Positions 38,975 to 48,183 of a DNA stretch of 64,000 nucleotides are shown in pieces. Within the stretch, counting starts at the first letter, position 1, and each line of letters begins with the position of its first letter. The position numbers were made by a program, and so were the translations under genes. The stretch spans positions 183,751 to 247,750 of the forward strand of contig CAYUKU010000001.1 in assembly GCA_964445435.1 (NCBI GenBank). The letters are read 5' to 3'. Under the pieces are notes generated by a model. That model worked only from the letters and a program-made list of their open reading frames with translations, was not told the DNA's origin and ran no database searches. Source of the DNA: an uncultured Gammaproteobacteria bacterium (GTDB lineage Bacteria > Patescibacteriota > Microgenomatia > UBA10105 > UBA927).

Positions 38975-40999
38975 ATGCCTGCTTCAGCGGAAACGGAAAC
39001 ACAAGGAGATCAGCCAGCTTCAGAATCGGGACTCGGTGAGCCCCAGATTCTTGACTTCAATACAATACTCAGTGAAGCAGTTTTAGAGCGATTTGAGGAG
39101 CAAGTTCATCGACTCGCCCGCGATCACGGGTATTTCTACGACAAGCCGGATGGCAATCCATATTCCCCTACCCGTATTTACGAAATGACGCAAAAAATAG
39201 GCGTTGGCGCACTTACCTCAAGCGGAAGCGTTGAAGTGATCGTGCCACAATTGGAACTTCGCCACAAACGGAATGCGGACCAGATATTTGCGCCTCAAGC
39301 GATAGCACGGGAGTTCGGAATCAAAGCAACGAGGCTCAAGGCAATTCAAAAATTTCTTGAGGATGGAACACTTTCTCCCCAGGAGGCGTTTAAGCTTGCC
39401 GGTAATCAGGATCCAAAAGCCGCTCTTGAAACCCACCAGGATGAATGGCAGGCGTGGGTAACGAGTACGCGCGAAGTACAGGCGCGGCAACAGCCGGTTG
39501 TGGCAGGTGATCGGGTTTCGGTTGGAGACGTTGAAATTATCATGGACGAGCAGGAAGCGCAAGATCGACCCTCACGCAAACGAGCTTCGCGTCTGTCCCG
39601 CGCGACGGCGCCGATCAGACGCCGGGTTATTCTTGCCGCTGTGGGAGGATTGACCATACTGGGCATGCTTCTGTCTGCCTGTTCGCCAAGGGGCGGCACC
39701 GGGGATATTCCAACGCAGCCACCCTCCTCTACCCCTGCAGGAGAACTGTTTACGCCCGATGCGCCGACAGCCGTTTCAACGGCGACTGTCAAGCCCACGG
39801 AACCGCCGACTCCAGCGCCATTTAGCGGAGCCACGGAAGCTGCTCCCACACAATCTGCCGTGTACGGGCCGCCGAATCTCGAACGTTCCGTCCGTTTGGC
39901 CGGATCCGGCGGAAGTGGGCGTAATGAAATTCTTACCAAAGCGGGTATCGATGAAGCGACGCTCGTTTCGTACGAAAATGCCGCCTACTCGTGGGCCGCG
40001 AATAACGGATATACCAAAAATCAGGTGAATATCGAATATCTCTTTGACGGACAGTCCTGGAATATGGTGCTCCGGGAGGTTTCATCCGGAAACTACATCT
40101 GGTCAGAAGACGGCGAGGGCGCCCTGATGACCTATCCCACCATTATAAGAGTTGACGCCCAGGGGCCGCACGCCGATCCAGAGATGGGAGCAAGAGTGTT
40201 GGAAGGAACAAAAGACGCCAAAGCGATGCTGGTCAACGGATTTGTGGTCGTCGTTCGCGGATCGGTGCAGATCGCCGGGAAAACATACTACACCGAGTGG
40301 TTTAATACGGTCACCGGCGAGTGGCAGCCGATCGCAGAGGTTCAGGCGGCCATCGTAGCCTCAGCGCCGGAATTTACACATGGTCTTGCACCCGATTTTG
40401 AATCGGCGATTGTGGTTAGGGAGTCGGATATTCCCGCCATTATCGCAAGCCTGAGGGCGGGCCCATCGCTGATTGATCCGGGTGCTCAGCCGACGAGATT
40501 TGCGGGCAGGGAGGGGGAATTGTCCGCGACGCCGAACGGATTAACAGAGCAGCTAAATATACCAGTGGGTACAGGTGATCTTGCTAATGTTGCGGTTGCC
40601 GCAACGATAAGAGTTGATTCAATGATGGGAGATTCGCAAGGATCTAAACTTATATTAATTTTGGAGGTAAAAAACGACACTTCCATGGGTCATGAGTCAA
40701 GAGGGTATATTAGGGTATATATAGGGGGTGCGGTTGCTGATCAAACTGTGTTCCCGACTGACGCAGCAACTAAACTTCAGGTAATAAGAAAAACTATAGG
40801 AGATGGCCTTATATGGCAACTTTTGGCCGGAACAAAAAGTTCGTTTTATGATGGTTCGTTCGTCAAGCAATTGTTTAACCAAAAAGGTTCAGTAACCGGC
40901 ACGTCGCTTCGTGATCTGTTGCTAAAGTGGAAAAATGAAGGGGTTGTTCCTTCTGAATTGGAAGACATGCTCATACCAATGTCAGGCGTTGGTTCCTAA
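38975..40999 (+). CDS. Hypothetical surface protein with internal RR/lipobox signal and Pro/Thr-rich linker
   Basis: RRRVILAAVGGLTILGMLLSAC ending at Cys236, followed by PTQPPSSTP...TEPPTPAP. Confidence 0.7.
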   Translation: MPASAETETQGDQPASESGLGEPQILDFNTILSEAVLERFEEQVHRLARDHGYFYDKPDGNPYSPTRIYEMTQKIGVGALTSSGSVEVIVPQLELRHKRNADQIFAPQAIAREFGIKATRLKAIQKFLEDGTLSPQEAFKLAGNQDPKAALETHQDEWQAWVTSTREVQARQQPVVAGDRVSVGDVEIIMDEQEAQDRPSRKRASRLSRATAPIRRRVILAAVGGLTILGMLLSACSPRGGTGDIPTQPPSSTPAGELFTPDAPTAVSTATVKPTEPPTPAPFSGATEAAPTQSAVYGPPNLERSVRLAGSGGSGRNEILTKAGIDEATLVSYENAAYSWAANNGYTKNQVNIEYLFDGQSWNMVLREVSSGNYIWSEDGEGALMTYPTIIRVDAQGPHADPEMGARVLEGTKDAKAMLVNGFVVVVRGSVQIAGKTYYTEWFNTVTGEWQPIAEVQAAIVASAPEFTHGLAPDFESAIVVRESDIPAIIASLRAGPSLIDPGAQPTRFAGREGELSATPNGLTEQLNIPVGTGDLANVAVAATIRVDSMMGDSQGSKLILILEVKNDTSMGHESRGYIRVYIGGAVADQTVFPTDAATKLQVIRKTIGDGLIWQLLAGTKSSFYDGSFVKQLFNQKGSVTGTSLRDLLLKWKNEGVVPSELEDMLIPMSGVGS

Positions 41000-41011
41000 A
41001 GTTATCCCACT

Positions 41012-41037
41012 TATTGTCATTGACAATATTGTATAAT
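41012..41037 (+). promoter_or_regulatory. 17-bp palindrome (candidate operator) next to a -10 box
   Basis: TATTGTCA-T-TGACAATA (41012-41028), TATAAT (41032-41037), GTG at 41044. Confidence 0.55.
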
Positions 41038-41043
41038 AGTTTT

Positions 41044-41655
41044 GTGAACCGTAACTGGTGGTTTGTTGGTCTTCTTGTTTCCATAGTTGTGTTATTGCCT
41101 CTCTTAGGCTTATGGTGGTATCGTGGATATTTTTCTTCGGAGTTAGAGCCCGAAAAACTACGATTTCGTATCGATGCTGCCTTTGAAAATGCGTACCGCC
41201 AGAATGATCCTTATGCGATTTGGTTCAATCGGGTGGTATTTAAAAACGGCGATAAATTTGCATGGCGACCACCGCGAATTCTTGCAACTCATATTCCTAC
41301 CACTTATGAAGTTTCCGGATATGAATTTTATGGCGTTGTGACAAGATGGCGTCCGGATGTGAAATTGCTTCATATAAACACCTATATAGGTAAACCCCTG
41401 ACAGTTCGTTTTGATCCAGACTCTGATAGATCCATAGCTATTATTCCTAAGCTTGATGCTTACGGGAAAATTATTGGATCAAACATATTACCAGTTGTCC
41501 AGTCAATGTATGTGCCCGATTGGAATACACTTTTTTGTGAAAGCGACATTGTTTCTATAAAGGTGAGGTCGAAATTTTCGATAATGTTTGGTCGACCTGA
41601 TAATCCACTTATTCCAGTTAATATAGTATTAACGCAACGTCTTTGTCAGGTATGA
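41044..41655 (+). CDS. Hypothetical membrane-anchored protein, low GC
   Basis: N-terminal TM helix WWFVGLLVSIVVLLPLLGLWW; stop overlaps the next ATG (ATGA). Confidence 0.65.
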   Translation: MNRNWWFVGLLVSIVVLLPLLGLWWYRGYFSSELEPEKLRFRIDAAFENAYRQNDPYAIWFNRVVFKNGDKFAWRPPRILATHIPTTYEVSGYEFYGVVTRWRPDVKLLHINTYIGKPLTVRFDPDSDRSIAIIPKLDAYGKIIGSNILPVVQSMYVPDWNTLFCESDIVSIKVRSKFSIMFGRPDNPLIPVNIVLTQRLCQV

Positions 41656-43229
41656 GACTCTGGACACCATTAATGGCCTTTCTTTTTGTCGTAATTACAT
41701 CTTGGTTTACGCCGGTTTTTGCTCAATATCCTACAACGCCAACACCAACCGGAGCGCCAAAAACGTGTTGTCAGAATTTGGACTGCGGGAGCTGTCCGGG
41801 GGATCCAAACAAAACATACGTTATGTGTCAGACATGCCCATCGTGGTGGAGCTGTGGAGATGGTGATTGTGGTTCTGGAGATAATGGCGGGGGCGGTTGT
41901 TATACAATCACAAATTGTAACGCATGTCATCCAACGAAATGTACGCCAACATGCGGTCTGGGAGGGTGTCCCGGTGGATGCGGAAACGTTGATGATTGTG
42001 GTGGTGTAGACTGCGCGGCCTGTCCAGGCGGCGGAGGTGGAGGCGGCGGTGGTGGAGGATGTGGAGATGGGACATGTGGTGCGGGAGAAACTTGTTCTAG
42101 TTGTCCAAATGATTGCGGCTTATGTCCTTCTGGTAACGCTCGTGCGCGGGGACACATTATTGCCTCAACTGTCACCACATGCGCGCAGGTCAGAGCGAGC
42201 ACCAATTACCTCGCCGAAACCCTTACACTTACGAACGCGTTACCCGCGTCTCAAAACATTTCAGGCGGTACATACGCTCAGTGGAATAATCTCGTGCCGA
42301 ACGCACACACGCTCTCCGACATTCCCCCTGCGGGGTATGTGCTTAAGCTTGCCTGCTGGCAGACGGACACGCCCGCAGCGCAGGGAACCGGCATGACTGC
42401 CGATGTGCCGACCGGCGGGACGCTTACCTGGAATTTGGGATATACCAACGGAACTGCCTGGATGCAGACACGGGGCGGTGATGTGTATGCCGCTATGGGT
42501 TTGTCATCTCCCATTCCCGTAGGGGCAAGTCCACGGTATGGACTTCTTGATGGCGGGAGCGGATTGCCCGGTGTTGCGACGTACGGGGTTTCGTATGATT
42601 TTGACAGTGATACCGGCAGTCTCGGCGAATCATATGTTTCCTCAACCGGCTGGCTTGCAAACGAGACGTACGCCGCCACGGATTTCTACGCACTTATGTA
42701 CCAGCGGTTTGATTCGCCGGCAGCTGATTATTCCGGGCCGACGACATTTACTTCCCAATTGGCAAGCGGGACATACTTCGTCGACGGTGATCTCACTATC
42801 GGCACAAACCCGTGGAATGTAGGAAGCGGGACGAGCATCGTTGTGCTCGTCAACGGCAATCTGACCATTAACCAAACGATTAATCTATCGGGTACCGGAT
42901 TCGTCGCTTTCATCGTCAATGGCAATATCACCGTCAGTCCGAACGTTGGGGTTGTCAACACGTCATCGGCGCCAGCACTGGAGGGAGTCTATATCACCTC
43001 CCCCACCGGCACCTTTACGACGGGCGCTTCCACAACTGCCGGGTCGGAGCGGTTTGTAGGTAGAGGTATTTTTGTCGCGGGAGACTTCAGTCTCACACGG
43101 GATCTGGATAGTTATGGCGTAAACAACACGACGTCTTCCGAGCTGTTTATCTACAATCCCCGGCTCCTTATCACGATGCCGGATGAAATGCGTGATCTTC
43201 CCGTGACCTGGCAGGAAGTCGCTCCGTAA
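41652..43229 (+). CDS. Exported Cys/Gly-rich surface protein with beta-rich C-terminal domain
   Basis: Signal peptide ending VFA-Q; 24 Cys in about 120 aa incl. CGDGTCGAGETCSSCPNDCG; Gly11 run; repeated V.G.LTI/VNGNITV; ends WQEVAP. Confidence 0.8.
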   Translation: MRLWTPLMAFLFVVITSWFTPVFAQYPTTPTPTGAPKTCCQNLDCGSCPGDPNKTYVMCQTCPSWWSCGDGDCGSGDNGGGGCYTITNCNACHPTKCTPTCGLGGCPGGCGNVDDCGGVDCAACPGGGGGGGGGGGCGDGTCGAGETCSSCPNDCGLCPSGNARARGHIIASTVTTCAQVRASTNYLAETLTLTNALPASQNISGGTYAQWNNLVPNAHTLSDIPPAGYVLKLACWQTDTPAAQGTGMTADVPTGGTLTWNLGYTNGTAWMQTRGGDVYAAMGLSSPIPVGASPRYGLLDGGSGLPGVATYGVSYDFDSDTGSLGESYVSSTGWLANETYAATDFYALMYQRFDSPAADYSGPTTFTSQLASGTYFVDGDLTIGTNPWNVGSGTSIVVLVNGNLTINQTINLSGTGFVAFIVNGNITVSPNVGVVNTSSAPALEGVYITSPTGTFTTGASTTAGSERFVGRGIFVAGDFSLTRDLDSYGVNNTTSSELFIYNPRLLITMPDEMRDLPVTWQEVAP

Positions 43230-43247
43230 AGTTGTTATACTCGAAGA

Positions 43248-44561
43248 ATGCGCCGTTTCCTCGTTGATGGTATTCTTTTTGCGGTTGTTCTTATCCTCTC
43301 CATCACAATGCTTGTCCCACAGCTCAAGCGGCATATGTTTTTCATCGATGAATACGAATTCATGCGCAAAAGCTATCTTTTCGATGTGTATTTTCTGAAA
43401 CAGAACCTGGGCGATCCGCGGTGGACCGATGCGGCGCTTGAGTCCGATGCGCCGCAGCCAAAGGTGGGGCCGTATATCTTCGGGCTTGCGCTTCATCTGT
43501 CCGGAGTTCGTGATATCGAAACTGCCTTCAGGCAAAGCGGGTTTTCGACGATTCAGGTCGATGGCCATCCGTGGTGGGAAGCGCTCTGGACGAAGGAGCC
43601 CTCGAAATTTCCCGACTCACTCGCACAGAGCTTCTCGTATATACTCATCGGCCGGCGTGCAGCGGCTGTGTTTAGCATCGCGTCGATACTTTTTGTCTTC
43701 CTTTTGGGTACGACGCTCCATAGCTCCGTATTGGGATTTATCGCGGCAATCCTGTTTCTTGTGAATCCCCTTTTTCGCCTCGAGGCGGGGTTTGCCATGA
43801 CTGATACCATGCAGCTTGCGTTTCTCCTTCTTACCGTTCTTCTTCTTGTATATTGGCGGGGGGCGTGGCAAAAAAAGAGCTATCCCTGGCTTCTGACTCT
43901 CAGTGTCGGCATTGGTCTTGCCGCATCACTCGCCGCGGGCGTAAAAGTGACGGGGATGCTTGCCATGTTGTTTGTGGGTATGCATCAGGTATATACATAC
44001 GCCCGGGAAGAGATGACGGCGGCGCTGAGGCGTATGCTCGTTCTTTCGACGGCAACCATGGTTGTTGTGTTTTGGAGCGTTTTTTATGCACTTCATCCGT
44101 ATATTCATACCGATACGTTCCGACAACTGCGCTACATGTATCAGGCGAGGATGAACGTCTCCCAGACGCTGTATGCGCAAACATATCCACACACGTATAT
44201 TCCCACCAGGACCCAAGCTCTCCGATACGTGCTTATGAGAACCATGTTGCCTTACTCGCTTTATGGGAATTTCTCCCATTCCTGGATTCCGTGGGACATG
44301 ATGCTTGTTGTAGGCGGGAGTTTGGTATTGATAAACGATGTGTTCGCGCGCTGGAAGAAAAGAGGGGCGCTGCCAAGGCTTGCGATTTTGCCGCTATGGA
44401 TTTCCTTTACGGCAGTTTCTCTCGTATGGTATCTCTCCCATGACTGGTCGCGGTACTATCTGCCGGTCGCTTCGGGGATCACGATTCTTGAGGCCTACAT
44501 GATTACGTATCTTTTCTTCCGGTTCGGCGGGGGCGTCCTGTATGATAGACTTCCCAAGTGA
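43248..44561 (+). CDS. PMT/ArnT-like (GT-C) membrane glycosyltransferase
   Basis: FFIDE, QPKVGPYIFG, NPLF....AMTD, K.TG, RYYLP; many TM helices. Confidence 0.72.
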   Translation: MRRFLVDGILFAVVLILSITMLVPQLKRHMFFIDEYEFMRKSYLFDVYFLKQNLGDPRWTDAALESDAPQPKVGPYIFGLALHLSGVRDIETAFRQSGFSTIQVDGHPWWEALWTKEPSKFPDSLAQSFSYILIGRRAAAVFSIASILFVFLLGTTLHSSVLGFIAAILFLVNPLFRLEAGFAMTDTMQLAFLLLTVLLLVYWRGAWQKKSYPWLLTLSVGIGLAASLAAGVKVTGMLAMLFVGMHQVYTYAREEMTAALRRMLVLSTATMVVVFWSVFYALHPYIHTDTFRQLRYMYQARMNVSQTLYAQTYPHTYIPTRTQALRYVLMRTMLPYSLYGNFSHSWIPWDMMLVVGGSLVLINDVFARWKKRGALPRLAILPLWISFTAVSLVWYLSHDWSRYYLPVASGITILEAYMITYLFFRFGGGVLYDRLPK

Positions 44562-44580
44562 AATCCGCTATACTTAACGT

Positions 44581-44718
44581 ATGGTGAAGCGAGTGTATCA
44601 GCCCAAAAAAGGAAAGCGCGTGCGGACGCACGGATTCCGAACGCGCATGAAGACACATTCCGGCCGCAAAGTCCTCAAAAGACGCCGAGCCACGGGACGA
44701 GGACGCCTCACGGTATAA
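44581..44718 (+). CDS. rpmH: 50S ribosomal protein L34
   Basis: Manual translation [45 protein letters not shown]; precedes rnpA. Confidence 0.97.
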   Translation: MVKRVYQPKKGKRVRTHGFRTRMKTHSGRKVLKRRRATGRGRLTV

Positions 44719-44725
44719 TGCATCC

Positions 44726-45076
44726 ATGCTCCCTTCCGTAAACAGGATTCCCACAGGTGACATCCGTCGTGTTATGAAAACAGGCCGCCGCCTTCCGGGG
44801 TATGGCATGATCTTGATTTACGTGCGCTCGAAGGAAATGAAAGTTGTTCCCTCGGCGCCACGTTTTTCGTTTGTCGTTTCCACGAAGGTGGATAAACGCG
44901 CAGTGGTGCGAAACCGGGTACGGCGGATTCTTTCCGAATCCGTGCATCATCTTCTGGATCGTATAGCGCCCGCCACGGATGGGATTATCTTGGCTTCCAA
45001 GGAGCTTGTAGGGTTGTCTCAAAAAGAAGCGGAAGAACGGATTTCTGCAGTATTTACGAAAGCTGGGATTCTATGA
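44726..45076 (+). CDS. rnpA: Ribonuclease P protein component
   Basis: [22 protein letters not shown] (RNR motif); synteny. Confidence 0.95.
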   Translation: MLPSVNRIPTGDIRRVMKTGRRLPGYGMILIYVRSKEMKVVPSAPRFSFVVSTKVDKRAVVRNRVRRILSESVHHLLDRIAPATDGIILASKELVGLSQKEAEERISAVFTKAGIL

Positions 45077-45315
45077 AACGGCTCGCGCTGTCTACGATAC
45101 GGCTGTATCAGCGGTACCTGTCGCCTGATACCGGAATGCTCAGATCGCTCTGGCTCGTGGATAGCGCGTGTCGGTACAAGCCCACCTGCAGTGAGTATAC
45201 CTATCAAGCGATCGATCACTATGGTATACTACGGGGATCGATTTTGGGGTTGAAGCGGATCGTCCGCTGTCACCCCTGGAACAAGGGCGGATACGATCCC
45301 CTGCCAACGCTATGA
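45073..45315 (+). CDS. yidD: Membrane protein insertion efficiency factor YidD
   Basis: [29 protein letters not shown]. Confidence 0.95.
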   Translation: MKRLALSTIRLYQRYLSPDTGMLRSLWLVDSACRYKPTCSEYTYQAIDHYGILRGSILGLKRIVRCHPWNKGGYDPLPTL

Positions 45316-46124
45316 CAAACCCAGGTCTTTGGAATCAACTTCTTGTTTGGCCCATTATTAACGTACTGGTTGCACTGTATAAGTTCTTCGAGTGGATCGG
45401 CGTACCGGGGCCGCTCGGATTTGCCGTCATAGGGCTTACCATAGTTATTCGTCTTATCCTCTATCCGCTTATGCAGGCGCAATTGCGCAGCGCCAAAAAG
45501 ATGGCGAAATTGAAGCCTCACCTTGATGCGCTCAACGACAAACACAAGAATGACAAATCCGCACTTCAGCAGGCGCAGCTTGCGCTCTACAAAGAACACG
45601 GGGTGAACCCAGCGGCGGGGTGTTTGCCGCTTCTTATCCAGATGCCGGTTCTTATCGCGCTTTACAATGTTTTTTACCAGGTCCTTAACAACGGAAATCT
45701 CGAGAAACTCGTCTCGGACCTCAACAGTGTCGTGTACGCGCCGTGGCTTAGGATCGGGTCGCTTGATCTTTCTTTCTTCGGAGTGAATTTGGGGCTCAAG
45801 CCGTCAGCGTGGCAAACAGACGGATGGTGGCTCCTTTCCATTCCTCTTATAACCGCAGCACTTCAGTATTGGCAAAGCAGGCTTATGATGCCTACCTATG
45901 CGAAAACTTCCGACAATAAGCCTGCACTTGTTAAAAAGGGCGCAAAGGAGGATGAGCAAAAGCCGGAAGATACGGCAGCAGAGATGCAAAAACAGATGGC
46001 CATTATAACCCCTATCATGTTTGGGTATTTCGCGTTTCAGTTTCCGCTCGGGTTGGCCCTTTACTGGAATGTGTTCGGAATTTTTGGTATCATCCAACAA
46101 CTTGCGGTGAACCGCGAGAAATAA
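45312..46124 (+). CDS. yidC: YidC/Oxa1 membrane insertase (short form)
   Basis: [43 protein letters not shown]. Confidence 0.95.
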   Translation: MTNPGLWNQLLVWPIINVLVALYKFFEWIGVPGPLGFAVIGLTIVIRLILYPLMQAQLRSAKKMAKLKPHLDALNDKHKNDKSALQQAQLALYKEHGVNPAAGCLPLLIQMPVLIALYNVFYQVLNNGNLEKLVSDLNSVVYAPWLRIGSLDLSFFGVNLGLKPSAWQTDGWWLLSIPLITAALQYWQSRLMMPTYAKTSDNKPALVKKGAKEDEQKPEDTAAEMQKQMAIITPIMFGYFAFQFPLGLALYWNVFGIFGIIQQLAVNREK

Positions 46125-46130
46125 GCACGT

Positions 46131-46583
46131 ATGGAAGCAAAAGTTCAAGTACAACAGGTGACAGAGGATTTATTGAACCGTTTGGGCGTCACGGGCGCTG
46201 TGACGGTGGATATTGACGAAACCGAAGCCTACCGCGTGCACATCGAAACTGAGGAAACCGGTCTCCTTATCGGATTTCACGGCCGAACGCTTGAAAGCCT
46301 TCAAATTATTCTGGGACTCTTAGTTTCCAAAGCGCTGGGTGCATGGGTAAAAGTTTATGTCAATGTCGGTGACTACCGCGAGAAGCGCGAGGAAGCCCTT
46401 ATGCTTATGGCTCAGCAAGCTGCCGACCGCGCTATCACCCAGGGCAGGCCCATTGAGCTCTCTCACCTTTCTGCGTCAGAACGAAGAGTCGTACACTTAA
46501 CTCTCTCCGGGGATGACCGCGTGGAGACGGAATCAGTCGGCGAAGGCATGAGCCGGACGCTTCTGGTGAAACCGAAAGCGTGA
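46131..46583 (+). CDS. jag: Jag/EloR-like KH-R3H RNA-binding protein lacking the N-terminal Jag domain
   Basis: GLLIGFHGRTLESLQ (KH), ERRVVH (R3H), TESVGEG..R; follows yidC. Confidence 0.88.
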   Translation: MEAKVQVQQVTEDLLNRLGVTGAVTVDIDETEAYRVHIETEETGLLIGFHGRTLESLQIILGLLVSKALGAWVKVYVNVGDYREKREEALMLMAQQAADRAITQGRPIELSHLSASERRVVHLTLSGDDRVETESVGEGMSRTLLVKPKA

Positions 46584-46599
46584 TCCCCTATACTGTTAG

Positions 46600-47790
46600 T
46601 TGATGCATCGATGGATTTTTTCCCTTCTCATCTTTCTGTTACCCGTGCAGCTTGGATACCATACCTGGCCGTCATGGTCGATGGTTCTCGGAAGAAGAGT
46701 TGACTATCTCTCTCCCACCCTCCATCTTACTGACATACTAATTTTTTTCCTCCTTATTTCTTGGGGTGTCGATGTGCTGAGACATCGAAGGAAGGTCGCG
46801 AAATCGTTCATTTTTGGATTTATCGGGATTGTGATAGCCGCGTTTATAAACGTGCGGCTGGCGGTAAACCCCATGGCAGCCTTCTGCGCATGGGTGAAAG
46901 TGTTGGAATTTGCGTTTCTGGGGTGCTACATATATACGACAAGACCTGAGCGCAGGAGAATACTTTTTCTTCTATCATGGTCAGTTTTATATTCGTCACT
47001 CGTTGCCATCGGGCAATTTCTTCTGCAGAAATCCGTTGGCGGACCGTTGTGGTTGCTGGGGGAAAGAACATTTACCCTCGATACACCCGGAATTGCGCGG
47101 GCGGATTTCGCAGGACGTGAAATATTGCGGGCATACGGGACGTTCCCCCACCCCAATGTTTTGGGCGGATTTCTGGCGATAACACTTCCGATGATTCTGG
47201 GAGGAATTCAAAAGCGAGCCTCGAACATGGGTCGCGAATTTTACGGATTGGTCATGACGCTTGGAGTAATTGCGCTCATACTCACACTCAGCAGAAGCGC
47301 AATCACACTGTTTGCGGTTGTAGTAAGCTGGCAGTTGTGGAAAATGAAAAAAGCGTTTTTTTTCCTCCCACTTCTTATGCTAATTACACTCCCCTATCTT
47401 TGGACGGACGAATCGTTCGTCGTACGAAACCAGTTGAATGATGCAGCCATACAAATGGTTCTTTCGCATCCCGTCTTCGGTGTGGGATTGGGGAATTTTC
47501 TCGTGGAACTTCCCACGTATCTTCCAACTCGAACTATTTACTTCCTGCAGCCGGTTCACAATATCTATCTTCTTCTTTTATCCGAGGTTGGTGCTCTTGG
47601 GGTCATGGGAATTTTCTGGATACTGTGGCGTATACGAAAACATATTGAGTTTTCCGTGGCGCTTGGGACAATTGCCATTCTCGGACTGGTGGATCACTAT
47701 TTCCTCACGCTTCAGCAGGGACAACTGCTTTTGACGATAGTGTTTACGCTCTCCTTGCGCGCGAAGAAGACGAAGGCGCTACAAGTCTAA
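46600..47790 (+). CDS. O-antigen ligase-family membrane protein
   Basis: RAYGTFPHPNVLGGFL, TLSRSA, HPVFGVGLGNF, QPVHNIYLLLLSEVG. Confidence 0.85.
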   Translation: MMHRWIFSLLIFLLPVQLGYHTWPSWSMVLGRRVDYLSPTLHLTDILIFFLLISWGVDVLRHRRKVAKSFIFGFIGIVIAAFINVRLAVNPMAAFCAWVKVLEFAFLGCYIYTTRPERRRILFLLSWSVLYSSLVAIGQFLLQKSVGGPLWLLGERTFTLDTPGIARADFAGREILRAYGTFPHPNVLGGFLAITLPMILGGIQKRASNMGREFYGLVMTLGVIALILTLSRSAITLFAVVVSWQLWKMKKAFFFLPLLMLITLPYLWTDESFVVRNQLNDAAIQMVLSHPVFGVGLGNFLVELPTYLPTRTIYFLQPVHNIYLLLLSEVGALGVMGIFWILWRIRKHIEFSVALGTIAILGLVDHYFLTLQQGQLLLTIVFTLSLRAKKTKALQV

Positions 47791-48180
47791 TGCCTGGTTT
47801 ACGAGGAAATCCGCGCGTTTGTTTAATTCTCTTCTGACTGCTTCATAGGTAACACGTGCCCCAGTTTCTTGTTCCAGTTGCCGGGCGCGGACAAGATGTT
47901 CCCGAAGATGGGGCTCTTTCACCCGAAATAATCCGTTGAGTTGGTTGACGACGAGGGTTGAATCCAGGATGAAGCGTATTTCTTTGGGGTGCATCTGTTT
48001 ATGAACAATCCATGACAGCGCTTCAATAACCGCGGTATACTCGGCAACATTATTGGTGGTCTCCCCTATTTTCTTGCTTATTTCTCCCAACGTAACTCCA
48101 TCGGATTCAATCGTAACGCCGATTGCGGCCGGTCCGGGATTTCCCCTCGCTCCGCCGTCTGTATGAATGATGAGATTCAT
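47779..48180 (-). CDS. rnhA: Ribonuclease HI (short type)
   Basis: TDGGARGNPGPAAIG, TNNVAEY, DSTLVVNQLNG, RELNKRAD. Confidence 0.93.
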   Translation of the reverse strand: MNLIIHTDGGARGNPGPAAIGVTIESDGVTLGEISKKIGETTNNVAEYTAVIEALSWIVHKQMHPKEIRFILDSTLVVNQLNGLFRVKEPHLREHLVRARQLEQETGARVTYEAVRRELNKRADFLVNQALDL

Positions 48181-48183
48181 GAG

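Noticed and set aside
42027-42060. G-rich repeat as a contingency locus or tandem repeat
   Set aside because: Mixed GGC/GGA/GGT codons encoding poly-Gly, not a perfect DNA repeat.
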